From: Longimicrobiales bacterium
GTDB taxonomy: Bacteria; Gemmatimonadota; Gemmatimonadetes; Longimicrobiales; Gaopeijiaceae
Direction: 5' to 3'
Assembly (NCBI GenBank): GCA_965219445.1
Contig: CBDCNQ010000003.1
Span: 1 to 64,000, forward strand
Length of the DNA: 64,000 nt
The notes under the pieces are model-generated. The model was not told the DNA's origin and ran no database searches. It saw only the letters and a list, made by a program, of their open reading frames with translations. This document shows positions 29,832-38,677 of this stretch, piece after piece. Every line of letters starts with the position of its first letter. Within the stretch, counting starts at the first letter, position 1. The translations under genes were made by a program, and so were the position numbers.

Positions 29832-30329
29832 ATGGCAGACAAGCCGACTCTCAAGCCGGCCTACTGGATCGCGTCGAGCCTGGAAGATCTGAGGGGATTC
29901 CCGCGCGCTGTGCGGCGTGAGATGGGCCGGGCGGTTCGTGTAGCGCAGCTCGGAGAAAGCAAGATGAGCGACGACACAAAGGTCACCCCGTCGAGTGGTA
30001 ACGTGTTCGAGGACTTGGGACTGCCGAACGCGGACGAGGAGCTGGCCAAGGCCGATCTGGCGTTCGAGATCAGCCGCATCATCGAAGAGGGTGGCCTGAC
30101 GCAAGTTGAAGCGGCCGAGATCATGGGAGTCGATCAGCCGAAGGTCTCTGCGCTGGTGCGCTATCGCTTGGATGGCTTCTCGATGGAGCGGCTATATCGG
30201 TTCCTCAACGCACTTGGCAGGGACGTCGAGATTATCGTCAGGCCTAAGCCCGAGAGCCGGGAGCAGGCCACGCTCAGCGTGACGCGGAAGGCAGGACGGT
30301 CGCGAGTACGACGGGCGACGAAGGTCTGA
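29832..30329 (+). CDS. XRE-HTH antitoxin (own ATG at 29964) fused in frame to a 44-aa RelE/Gp49-like toxin remnant
   Basis: KPAYWIASSLEDLRGFP...AQLG, then SSGNVFEDLG...LTQVEAAEIMGVDQPKVSAL. Confidence 0.8.
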   Translation: MADKPTLKPAYWIASSLEDLRGFPRAVRREMGRAVRVAQLGESKMSDDTKVTPSSGNVFEDLGLPNADEELAKADLAFEISRIIEEGGLTQVEAAEIMGVDQPKVSALVRYRLDGFSMERLYRFLNALGRDVEIIVRPKPESREQATLSVTRKAGRSRVRRATKV

Positions 30330-30388
30330 TAATACGCGGCAGGTATATTTGGTGGTAAGCGCGACGCCGGATCTATAGGACCACGCGT

Positions 30389-31207
30389 TCAGCCGAGCCG
30401 TTCGAGAAACGTCCAGGCCATGTCCCGGTTCGAGCCCCCGGCGTGCGTGTCGGGGCCCAGGAGAATGCAGCCGAACTCGGCGTCGCCGAACCAATCGTGG
30501 ACCTCCTCGAGGACCTCGGCGGCGGGGACGCCGGACCCGAGCTCGTCGTACGCACGAATCGCCGCGTTTCTTAGAAAGATCTCCTCACCGATGCCGGTGA
30601 AGGCGACCGCCCCGTTCGGCCCGGCGTACAGACCGCAGCCGGGGAGGGGGACGTCCCCGACGCGGCCGATCCGCGAGCCCGTGGGGCCGCCCGAGCTCAG
30701 GGCGGCGGCGTATCCGCTGCCGTCGGTGCCGACGCATCCGACCGTGTCGGAACTCTGGATTGACGCCTTGTAACGCTGCTTCGCTTGCTCGGTCATGGGA
30801 TCGTGGTCCGCATGACCGTGCTCGCGGGCGAAATGGGTGGCGCCCGAGCCGCTGAGCACGGAGGCGCCTTGTTGGGCAAGCGAGAAGGCCACCCGCGTCG
30901 GATTCCGGACGCGTTCGATACAGGTGACGGCGCCGAACGCGGGCGGATCGGAGTCGGTTGTCGGATGCCAGGCCATGAAGGCCGCATCCATCTGGATGCT
31001 CTGCCCGTCGGCTCGGAGCGACGATCCCGTGCCTGCGTTGAATCGAGGGTCGTCCTCGAGTGTATCCATCGCGATGAGAACGGCCTGCTCGAGCGGCGAT
31101 CCTTCGGACACGGTCCTCAGAGCCCCCTCGGCGGCCCGCATCGTTCCGTCGCGCTCTGAGGGGGGCGAGCCGGAGCCTCCGTGAGTCAGTATTCGTATGT
31201 GCGCCAT
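30389..31207 (-). CDS. isoaspartyl peptidase/type-2 L-asparaginase (Ntn hydrolase)
   Basis: HGGSG, LEDDPRFNAGTGS, MDAA, DTVG, GRVGDVP, TGIGE. Confidence 0.9.
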   Translation of the reverse strand: MAHIRILTHGGSGSPPSERDGTMRAAEGALRTVSEGSPLEQAVLIAMDTLEDDPRFNAGTGSSLRADGQSIQMDAAFMAWHPTTDSDPPAFGAVTCIERVRNPTRVAFSLAQQGASVLSGSGATHFAREHGHADHDPMTEQAKQRYKASIQSSDTVGCVGTDGSGYAAALSSGGPTGSRIGRVGDVPLPGCGLYAGPNGAVAFTGIGEEIFLRNAAIRAYDELGSGVPAAEVLEEVHDWFGDAEFGCILLGPDTHAGGSNRDMAWTFLERLG

Positions 31208-31240
31208 ACGGCTATCGGGGCGTCGCCGGCGCTTGGGTCC

Positions 31241-31789
31241 CTACCGGCTCCAGGGCGGGACGATATGGTTTGTGCGCGCGTAGGCGATCGACTGGCCCAG
31301 GTGCTCGTGCATGTCCACGATGGCGTGAGTGACCACGCCGGCACCGTTCGTCTCTTCCCTGAACCAATTGCGGTCGGCCCCCCGATCAGCCGCCGTCATG
31401 CTCCGGACTGTTTCGATCATGTAGTTCAGCGAGCGCTCCATCTCCCGAATGACCTCGGCCTTGGACATGGCGGCCACTCGGGCGGTCTCGGGGCCGAAAC
31501 CCGAGGCGGCACCGGTCGGAGGATCCGCCCCCCACATGGCGGGGAAGACGTGCCCTTCGACCACCATGAGGACCATGACGTCGCGCACGGATCGCACCCC
31601 TTCCATAGGCGTCCAATCCCATGTGTCCTCGGGAAACGCTTCAGCCAAGGAGAGGAACTTGTCGCGCATCTGCTCGAGGTCGGCCACCGCCCCGTCCTGC
31701 CAGGCCTGCATTCCGCCCTGCTGGGCAGCACCCGCGGCGGGCAGTACAAACAGGGCGGCTGCAATCAACAGCCAACACTTCGTCATCAT
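31241..31789 (-). CDS. DinB-family secreted protein
   Basis: LAEAFPEDTWDWTPMEGVRS, HEHLGQSIAYAR, PPWS. Confidence 0.85.
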   Translation of the reverse strand: MMTKCWLLIAAALFVLPAAGAAQQGGMQAWQDGAVADLEQMRDKFLSLAEAFPEDTWDWTPMEGVRSVRDVMVLMVVEGHVFPAMWGADPPTGAASGFGPETARVAAMSKAEVIREMERSLNYMIETVRSMTAADRGADRNWFREETNGAGVVTHAIVDMHEHLGQSIAYARTNHIVPPWSR

Positions 31790-31879
31790 CGTCTCTCCGG
31801 CCGAGGGGTGCGAAGTCGGTCGGCAAATGTAGCACCAAATCGCGTGGCGCGCGGGTCTCTGGGGGCAGGAGCGTCAGGG

Positions 31880-31908
31880 TTGAACCTTTGTCTTCACTCG
31901 AATACCTT
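31880..31908 (+). promoter_or_regulatory. sigma70 promoter of the tRNA array
   Basis: TTGAAC, 17 bp, TACCTT, 11 bp upstream of tRNA-fMet. Confidence 0.6.
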
Positions 31909-31919
31909 AGGATCTTCGG

Positions 31920-31993
<74 letters not shown>

Positions 31994-32179
31994 CTTTCAG
32001 CGCGCCGCCTTCGGGTGGCGTTTGTATGTTCATCCATTCGGAACTGGGGAGTCATCGATGTTCAGGACCGATGCGCAGCAGGCCCGCGGATGGACGATGG
32101 CGGACACGTGGTCTAGCTCGCGAGGGTGGGCCGTCGAGGGGCGCCTCTAGAAAGCCCGGAGTGCGCATCCCTCGCCGAG

Positions 32180-32215
32180 CCGCCCGTCGCCGAAAGGCCG
32201 GGCGGATTTTTTTTT
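32180..32215 (+). terminator. terminator-like hairpin inside the tRNA array
   Basis: CCGCCCG...CGGGCGG + AT9, just before tRNA-Phe. Confidence 0.55.
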
Positions 32216-32217
32216 CG

Positions 32218-32290
32218 GGCCAGGTAGCTCAGTTGGTAGAGCACGCGACTGAAAATCGTGGTGTCGGTGGTTCGATTCCGCCCCTGGCCA
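32218..32290 (+). tRNA. tRNA-Phe(GAA)
   Basis: CGCGA-CTGAAAA-TCGTG; cloverleaf. Confidence 0.95.
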
Positions 32291-32343
32291 CTGCAGGATT
32301 AGCGTGGTGTACACCGAATGGATGGCAACCGCTTGGATGTCAG

Positions 32344-32416
32344 AGGTCCGTAGCTCAACTGGTAGAGCACCGGTCTCCAAAACCGGGGGTTGGGGGTTCG
32401 AGTCCCTCCGGGCCTG
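32344..32416 (+). tRNA. tRNA-Trp(CCA)
   Basis: CCGGT-CTCCAAA-ACCGG. Confidence 0.95.
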
Positions 32417-32438
32417 TTTGAAAGCTGGTAGAGGAGTT

Positions 32439-32510
32439 GCCCTCATCGTCTAACGGTTAGGACACCACTCTTTCAAGGTGGAGACCGGGGTTCGATTCCC
32501 CGTGAGGGTA
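32439..32510 (+). tRNA. tRNA-Glu(TTC)
   Basis: CCACT-CTTTCAA-GGTGG. Confidence 0.92.
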
Positions 32511-32562
32511 TGGGGGGACCCGGTGCGTATTCGGGGATGTGCTGTTCAGTGATGCGTGAGTA

Positions 32563-32637
32563 GGGGCTGTAGCTCAGTTTGGTTAGAGTGCCGGTCTGTC
32601 ACACCGGAGGTCGCGGGTTCAAGTCCCGTCAGCCCCG
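32563..32637 (+). tRNA. tRNA-Asp(GTC)
   Basis: CCGGT-CTGTCAC-ACCGG. Confidence 0.95.
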
Positions 32638-32676
32638 TTGGAGACGCTGTTTGACAGAGATCAGGTTGATTGTGTT

Positions 32677-32749
<73 letters not shown>

Positions 32750-32793
32750 CTGGTGCAAGCGTACTTGGGTTCGGGTGCACTAGGCACGAACTC

Positions 32794-32878
32794 GCTCGGG
32801 TGGCGGAATTGGTAGACGCGCAGGGTTCAGGACCCTGTGGGGGTTAACCTCGTGAGGGTTCGAGTCCCTCCCCGAGCA
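32794..32878 (+). tRNA. tRNA-Leu(CAG)
   Basis: CAGGG-TTCAGGA-CCCTG; long variable arm. Confidence 0.95.
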
Positions 32879-32910
32879 TGGGTCCGTGAGTGGAATTTGT
32901 AAGACGCGTT

Positions 32911-32994
32911 GCCCACGTGCTGGAATTGGTAGACAGGCTAGTTTGAGGGACTAGTGTCGGAAACGGCGTACAGGTTCGAGTCCTGTCGTGGGCA
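32911..32994 (+). tRNA. tRNA-Leu(GAG)
   Basis: CTAGT-TTGAGGG-ACTAG; long variable arm. Confidence 0.95.
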
Positions 32995-33124
32995 CTTTTC
33001 GCGGGCGCTTTTGGCGTAGGGCGGTGTCGGGACTGCGGACGGCCCTCACTGCGACGTACGAATGTACGCCTCATTCGGACCGCCTTGCCCTCCTACCCCT
33101 ACACCAAAATCACCTCGCGAAAAG
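32995..33124. repeat. 130-bp palindromic REP/MITE-like element
   Basis: Ends CTTTTCGCG / CGCGAAAAG; inner TTTTGGCGTAGG / CCTACACCAAAA; core CACTGCGACGTACG..GTACGCCTCATTC. Confidence 0.5.
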
Positions 33125-33161
33125 CATGGATCTTCGAGAGCATTGGCATTGTGGTTTGTTT

Positions 33162-33236
33162 GCGCCCGTAGCTCAGTTGGATTAGAGCGCCTGACTACGG
33201 ATCAGGAGGCCGGGGGTTCGAGTCCTCCCGGGCGCG
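33162..33236 (+). tRNA. tRNA-Arg(ACG)
   Basis: CCTGA-CTACGGA-TCAGG. Confidence 0.95.
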
Positions 33237-33260
33237 TTTTTTTGGGCAGGTGAGAGGATG

Positions 33261-33334
33261 GGGCGCGTAGCTCAGTTGGTTAGAGCGCTACGTTGACATC
33301 GTAGAGGTCAGAGGTTCGAGTCCTCTCGCGCCCA
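33261..33334 (+). tRNA. tRNA-Val(GAC)
   Basis: CTACG-TTGACAT-CGTAG. Confidence 0.95.
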
Positions 33335-33340
33335 TTTACG

Positions 33341-33413
33341 GGGGCCGTAGCTCAGTTGGGAGAGCGCAGCGTTCGCAATGCTGAGGTCAGGGGTTCGATT
33401 CCCCTCGGCTCCA
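33341..33413 (+). tRNA. tRNA-Ala(CGC)
   Basis: CAGCG-TTCGCAA-TGCTG. Confidence 0.95.
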
Positions 33414-33419
33414 CTGTTG

Positions 33420-33492
33420 GCCACCTTAGCTCAGCTGGTAGAGCACGTCACTCGTAATGACGGGGTCGTCGGTTCAAGTCCGACAGGTGGCT
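33420..33492 (+). tRNA. tRNA-Thr(CGT)
   Basis: CGTCA-CTCGTAA-TGACG. Confidence 0.95.
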
Positions 33493-33507
33493 CTGTTGTT
33501 GTTTTTT

Positions 33508-33580
33508 TGCCCCGTGGTGTAATTGGCAACACGCCTGGTTCTGGCCCAGGAGAGTCTAGGTTCGAGCCCTAGCGGGGCAA
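33508..33580 (+). tRNA. tRNA-Gln(CTG)
   Basis: CCTGG-TTCTGGC-CCAGG. Confidence 0.93.
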
Positions 33581-33594
33581 CTGTTGTGATCATG

Positions 33595-33678
33595 GGAGGG
33601 ATGGCCGAGTGGCTTAAGGCGACGCCCTGCTAAGGCGTTGGACGCAAGTCCGCGTGGGTTCGAATCCCACTCCCTCCG
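33595..33678 (+). tRNA. tRNA-Ser(GCT)
   Basis: ACGCC-CTGCTAA-GGCGT; variable arm. Confidence 0.95.
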
Positions 33679-33738
33679 TATTTTTGCCAGATCGCGAAGG
33701 GTGACGTGGGGTTTCAGTCCCCCGTTTGGTCTGAAATT

Positions 33739-33822
33739 GGATGGGTGGCCGAGCGGCTTAAGGCGCACGATTGGAAATCGTGTGGGTTAATACCCTCGTG
33801 GGTTCGAATCCCACCCCATCCG
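33739..33822 (+). tRNA. tRNA-Ser(GGA)
   Basis: CACGA-TTGGAAA-TCGTG; variable arm. Confidence 0.95.
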
Positions 33823-33888
33823 TTGGAGTATGATCGCGCCCCACGCGTTCCCGCGGGAACGTGTTTTTGGGCGGTGATGAGCGAATTT

Positions 33889-33962
33889 CGGGGCGTGGCT
33901 CAGTCCGGTAGAGCGCTGCGTTCGGGACGCAGAGGTCCCCGGTTCAAATCCGGGCGCCCCGA
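33889..33962 (+). tRNA. tRNA-Pro(CGG)
   Basis: CTGCG-TTCGGGA-CGCAG. Confidence 0.95.
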
Positions 33963-34214
33963 CTTGAAATCGAAGAACTAACGGCTCTGAGCCCGGATTT
34001 GCGGGCTCGCGTTGGCGAGCACGCGGCGGCCGACGCAGGCGGACGCCAGAACCGTAGGTTCAGCCGAGGCGCGAAACTGTGGTCCGCTTTGCGGTCTAGC
34101 AGTCGACCGCCGAGACGAGCGAGGATCGCCGAAGGCGACCGCAGCTCACATCCGGGCGCGGCCGGAAATTCCCAGCCGATCCCGCCTGTGTTCGAAACAC
34201 AAGTTCGACGCCTT

Positions 34215-34297
34215 GGAGCCGTCGCATAATTGGTATTGCACCGGTCTCGAAAACCGGCGTCCTAACGGACTTGTGGGTTCGAGTCCCACCGGCTCCG
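34215..34297 (+). tRNA. tRNA-Ser(CGA), integration target
   Basis: GGAGCCG/CGGCTCC acceptor; CCGGT-CTCGAAA-ACCGG. Confidence 0.88.
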
Positions 34298-34300
34298 CTG

Positions 34301-34333
34301 GGCCCTCCAGGTCTTTGACCTGGGGGGCTTTTT
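34301..34333 (+). terminator. intrinsic terminator ending the tRNA array
   Basis: GCCCTCCAGG...CCTGGGGGGC + T5. Confidence 0.8.
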
Positions 34334-34724
34334 CGAGCCACGGAGGCGTGTCCGGAGCTGGCATCGAGAGGGGGGTGTTGGGCGCTCGCAGAGACCCCTT
34401 GTTGACGGGTCTGCACCGCCCCCCCACGTTATCCCGATCCGGCGATGGGCCTTTCCTTTTCCTATCCCTGCTGGCAGTTTGTGGTGAAAGTCCAGCGTCG
34501 CACCGAGACCGATGATGCGCCCGTTTGGCAAGGCGAGGCGAGGGAGCAGACCGGCAGTATTCGACCGAGGAGCAACGCAGCCAGGCGAGATGCGGCGCCG
34601 GTCGAATGCAGCTGGACCTTCACCGCGGGCTGCTAGGGGCCGGAACACAGATTCCGGTTCGCAACACTCGATCCTGCGCCGGCGACCGCACATGGCGTAG
34701 GCATGACTCTTCCGGAGGAGGCTA

Positions 34725-35849
34725 ATGTTGTCGCATTTCATCCGACGCGGACATCGTGCACGGCGAGCGGGGTCGTGGAGAACCTTGTCCCGCTACTGCG
34801 CGCTCGGCGGTGTCGTGTTCGTCTGTGTGCTCGTCGGTTCGTTCTCGCTCGTAGCCCAGCAGTCACGAACCGTCGACGACGGCGTGTATACGGCCGAGCA
34901 GGCACAGCGCGGCCAGGCACTGTATACGGAGCAGTGCGCGGTGTGTCATGCCGAGTCGCTCGGCGGAGGCCTCGGACCACCGTTGTCGGGAGACACCTTC
35001 GTCGGGGTCTGGAGCAGACTGCCCTTGTCGGAGCTCGTCAGCAAGATTCACAACACGATGCCAGAAAACGAGCCCGGGCGGATGACGCGGCAGGAGGCGG
35101 CGACCCTCGTGTCCTATATGCTCCAGGTCAACGGGTTCCCAGCCGGCACGGCCGGGCTCGGTACTGACGAGGCCGAGTTGAGCCAGATCACCTGGCCAGC
35201 GGTGGCGCTGGCCCAGTCAGTGCCGGTCGGGATCCTGCCCGCAGGCTCAGCCAACACGGCGCAGTCGCTCGCGGCCCTGGCCGCCCAGGCAGCAGCGCTG
35301 GCGGCCCAGGCAGCGGCGCTGGCCGCCCAATCGGCTCCAGCGGGGCAGGCGTCACTGGGGGTGCCGTCCGCGCCGCCGTTTGGCAATCTTGCCCAGGTGA
35401 TGCGCGGCATCATGTTCCCGAGTTCGAATTTATTGTTTAACGTCCAGGGCTACGATCCCGGTGCCGACAGGACGGCATACGACGCGACTGCGCGCGATAA
35501 TTTCTCGTGGGTCGACTGGGGAGCGGGCATCTATTCGGGATGGCAGATGGTCGATTACGCCGCTATAGCGCTGGCTGACGCCGCACCCCTGTTCCTGACG
35601 CCCGGACGTCGGTGTGAGAACGGCCGGCCCGTGCCCGTAGAGCGAGCCGATTGGATACAGTACACAGAGGAGCTCGTGGAAGCGGGAAGGGCCGCCTACC
35701 GCGCATCGCAGACCAGGGATCAGAAGGCCGTAAGCGAGGTCACCAATGTGATCGCGGAGGCGTGCTACAACTGCCACGAGGTCTATCGCGACAAGCCTGG
35801 CGGGACCCCTGAGGATCCATCCAATAAGGCGGCCCGATGCGTCCCGTGA
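34725..35849 (+). CDS. di-heme c-type cytochrome
   Basis: CAVCH and CYNCH, signal peptide, Ala/Gln linker. Confidence 0.85.
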   Translation: MLSHFIRRGHRARRAGSWRTLSRYCALGGVVFVCVLVGSFSLVAQQSRTVDDGVYTAEQAQRGQALYTEQCAVCHAESLGGGLGPPLSGDTFVGVWSRLPLSELVSKIHNTMPENEPGRMTRQEAATLVSYMLQVNGFPAGTAGLGTDEAELSQITWPAVALAQSVPVGILPAGSANTAQSLAALAAQAAALAAQAAALAAQSAPAGQASLGVPSAPPFGNLAQVMRGIMFPSSNLLFNVQGYDPGADRTAYDATARDNFSWVDWGAGIYSGWQMVDYAAIALADAAPLFLTPGRRCENGRPVPVERADWIQYTEELVEAGRAAYRASQTRDQKAVSEVTNVIAEACYNCHEVYRDKPGGTPEDPSNKAARCVP

Positions 35850-36056
35850 TCGCGCGGTGGTTCGGGGCTTTGGGCCCTACTCCACCATCACGCGCCTGAC
35901 CGTGTCAGACCAGACCGAGAAGACGGCCACCTCCGAACGATGGGGGAGGCCGTCTCGCTTGACCCGGTCCTTCTCAATGGTGTTAGGAAGCCAGCAACCC
36001 CAGACTGTAGCCCATCTGGGGTGAGTATCTGTTATTCATCGGCGCGTGCGCTCATT

Positions 36057-36683
36057 CTAGTAGCACAGGTTCACGATCTCTCGCTCATGCAACGGCCTCT
36101 GCAGCTCGGAGTGCATGAAGTGGGCAACGTCCTCTCGTGAGATGTGACCAAGCGTTACCCCCGCCAGTTGTGTGAGCACACGGTATTCACCGGTCCGAGC
36201 GCCGTTGGTGAGTACCCCAGGGCGTATGATCGTCCAGTTCGCTTCACTCGCTCTGAGCAGACGCTCTTGTCGATCCTTGTCTTCGTACATCCGCTTGAGC
36301 ACCAAAGGAAGGATGATTCTGTCGTAGAAAAACCCACCATGCCCTCGGCTGTCTCCGGCACCCACTCCAGTGATTGCCAACAAACGAGTGTCTCGCCCTT
36401 TCACCGCTTCGAGCAGGTGTGCTATCGACTCCGAGAAGAGTGTCACGATCCCTCTACTCAGGCGAACGCCCAGGCATGAACAGACTGCATCTTGATTCTC
36501 TGCCAGGTTTCTCACAGCGGCTGGATCACGAGCGTCTCCCTCCTCCACAGTCAGGGCGTCTGACACCATGCCCATGCGAGCAGGGTCTCTGGCAAGTACG
36601 GTGACCAGGTGCCCGGACTCGGTGAGGTGGCCCACAAGAGCCCTACCGACTCCGCGGGTGCCTCCCAGCACGCCGACTCTCAG
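36057..36683 (-). CDS. NAD(P)-binding oxidoreductase (flavin reductase/BVR-B-like SDR)
   Basis: VGVLGGTRGVG, WTIIRPGVLT, ISREDVA; probable non-ATG start after a GGAGGAGG RBS. Confidence 0.85.
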   Translation of the reverse strand: MRVGVLGGTRGVGRALVGHLTESGHLVTVLARDPARMGMVSDALTVEEGDARDPAAVRNLAENQDAVCSCLGVRLSRGIVTLFSESIAHLLEAVKGRDTRLLAITGVGAGDSRGHGGFFYDRIILPLVLKRMYEDKDRQERLLRASEANWTIIRPGVLTNGARTGEYRVLTQLAGVTLGHISREDVAHFMHSELQRPLHEREIVNLCY

Positions 36684-36710
36684 GGTGAGCCTCCTCCCGC
36701 CTCGATGGGC

Positions 36711-36772
36711 GTCTAACGTCTCGTGCTTCTGCTTCGCGGCCAAGATGCCCTCCGCAAGCGTAGCGCGCGAGC
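36711..36772 (-). repeat. attC-like half site A
   Basis: Minus strand ...GCAGAAGCACGAGACGTTAGAC directly before RBS and gene; similar to 40893-40955. Confidence 0.55.
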
Positions 36773-37077
36773 GGACACCCTCCGCTACGGTCGACGATCC
36801 TCCGATGTGGACGAGACCCTGGACCGCCATCGTTCCCATGAAGAGGTCTCAGCTTCACCTGTATGAGTACGCGCGCCACGAGGGCAATCACAGCTTGGGG
36901 AACTCACTCAGAGCCTCGGGGCCCTCATACCGTGATTCGGCTGCGCCTGGCCCCGGCCCCCGGGGCGCGCGCCTCAAGCGGAACGGCGTTCAGCCGGTGG
37001 TCCAACCTTGGACTCGTCGGCGACGCACAGCAACTCGACCAGCGGATTGGTCAGCAGCGTGGGATGGTCTAGCGAAT

Positions 37078-38247
37078 CTAGAACCGTCTGCCGCCTCCCG
37101 CAGAGCCACCACCAGTGGCGTTGTCCTGGGTGGCTGGATCGGGACCGCGGCCTTCGGCGAATGCCCTCTCCGCCGCTCGCGTGCTCGCGAGCGAACCGGG
37201 GACCCCGTAATTACCCTCATGACAGCCTCCCTCAAACACTCCAGTCGTCTCGTCACTGTTGTTCGTCAGCTCTAGTAGGATGGTCCAGGGTCGCGTCCAC
37301 GTCGTGGGATCTTCAATCGTAATTTCGACCGAGAGCGTATTATCATCGAGACGTCGATAGCGTTCGATGAGATGCAAGTTCTCCCGGGATCCTTGGAAGT
37401 TTGTCTTCTCGGTGAAATTAGTGATCTCGACGACCAGCATATCGCCCTCCCATCGGCCACGCGCGTCGCCGTGGTGCAGCCGAATGTGCTCTGGCAATGG
37501 CGGACGATCCGTGGTAGGAATGCTCCGACTGAATCCCATTCCCTGGTCGATGTCATAGTAAATCCCGACGGCCCCAGGAGACTGCACGACCCGCATCATC
37601 CCGCCCAACGATCCGGACTGGAGCACGACTGGAAGGTTGTACCCGAAACAGCGCGCCCTACCGCTTTGGTCTTCCGGGCCGTCGTGGCGGTTCAAGCGAT
37701 CCAAGTTGTAGTCGGGAGAAGGCTCCGCTCTCCTCGGTGACACAGGTCCCGGCCTCCCCCCCGAGGTGCCTTGCAGAAGGGCATCCAGAAACTCTCGTTT
37801 GGTGGCTCTCCTCTGCTCGGCCTCTAGCGTCAAAGGAGGAATCCTCCCGTCCGGAGGATCGATTACCTGCGATGTCCGCCTGCCCCGAACTGAGCTTGGG
37901 TCGCCGCGCCAGTGCTGGTTGTAAGCCCGGGCGACGTCCACTTCGGTCCCCGCCTGGTCGCGGCTGTCACGACCGAGACCCTGAGATATGTCGATGAATT
38001 CTCGTTCGGCTGCCGCGATTTCCTCTTCGGTCAGAAACTCCCTCGTGCCATACTCTTCGGCGCGCTGCAGGGGCACCAAGGCCGGATGGCTCCAGATCCC
38101 CTGGAGGTCCGGCTCACCCCACGGCGTTCGGAGCGAGCCCGCCGGTTGCGCCTGCTGAGACGTCACCGACTCGGGCCCTAGCGACGCGAACATGATCACG
38201 AGCGCCAGCGTGCCCACTAACGCAAACCCCTGACTCAACTTTGTCAT
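37078..38247 (-). CDS. secreted hypothetical protein (TPWGEPDLQGIW family)
   Basis: Signal peptide, DPPDGRIP, GRWEGD, EDPTTWTRPW, CHEGN. Confidence 0.8.
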   Translation of the reverse strand: MTKLSQGFALVGTLALVIMFASLGPESVTSQQAQPAGSLRTPWGEPDLQGIWSHPALVPLQRAEEYGTREFLTEEEIAAAEREFIDISQGLGRDSRDQAGTEVDVARAYNQHWRGDPSSVRGRRTSQVIDPPDGRIPPLTLEAEQRRATKREFLDALLQGTSGGRPGPVSPRRAEPSPDYNLDRLNRHDGPEDQSGRARCFGYNLPVVLQSGSLGGMMRVVQSPGAVGIYYDIDQGMGFSRSIPTTDRPPLPEHIRLHHGDARGRWEGDMLVVEITNFTEKTNFQGSRENLHLIERYRRLDDNTLSVEITIEDPTTWTRPWTILLELTNNSDETTGVFEGGCHEGNYGVPGSLASTRAAERAFAEGRGPDPATQDNATGGGSAGGGRRF

Positions 38248-38666
38248 CTGCTGGGGGCACCGGTGCCGGACGAACCGAGGAACAATATGCGTCCATCAGG
38301 CAGCGTGAGATCCCTCCCGTTTGCTCTACGCGACCCGTCCTTAGACCGATAACCATCAACGACGATCTGCGTTCCTATTGGCAGTGACGTTCTCGTGAGG
38401 CCTCGTCTAAACAGCGCGTTCGGCGTCCCCGCTTCGATCGCCCACTCCTCGACTGCGCCGTTCGGCAGCGGCACCTCCACGTGGATCCATGCGTGAGGAT
38501 TGACCCACTCCACGCGAAAGACGGTCGCCTGCTCGAACCTCACGGGACTGTCGGCATCAAATTCCGCGGCAAACGCATGATGCGCCCGCGCCGGCACCGT
38601 GGCGTGAGCCAGCAGTGTAACGATACCGACACCCACGGGGATTGCATGGATTAATTTTACGCGCAT
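38244..38666 (-). CDS. DUF6152-like secreted protein
   Basis: AHHAFAAEFD, WVNPHAWI. Confidence 0.8.
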   Translation of the reverse strand: MRVKLIHAIPVGVGIVTLLAHATVPARAHHAFAAEFDADSPVRFEQATVFRVEWVNPHAWIHVEVPLPNGAVEEWAIEAGTPNALFRRGLTRTSLPIGTQIVVDGYRSKDGSRRANGRDLTLPDGRILFLGSSGTGAPSR

Positions 38667-38677
38667 CGGATTGCCTC

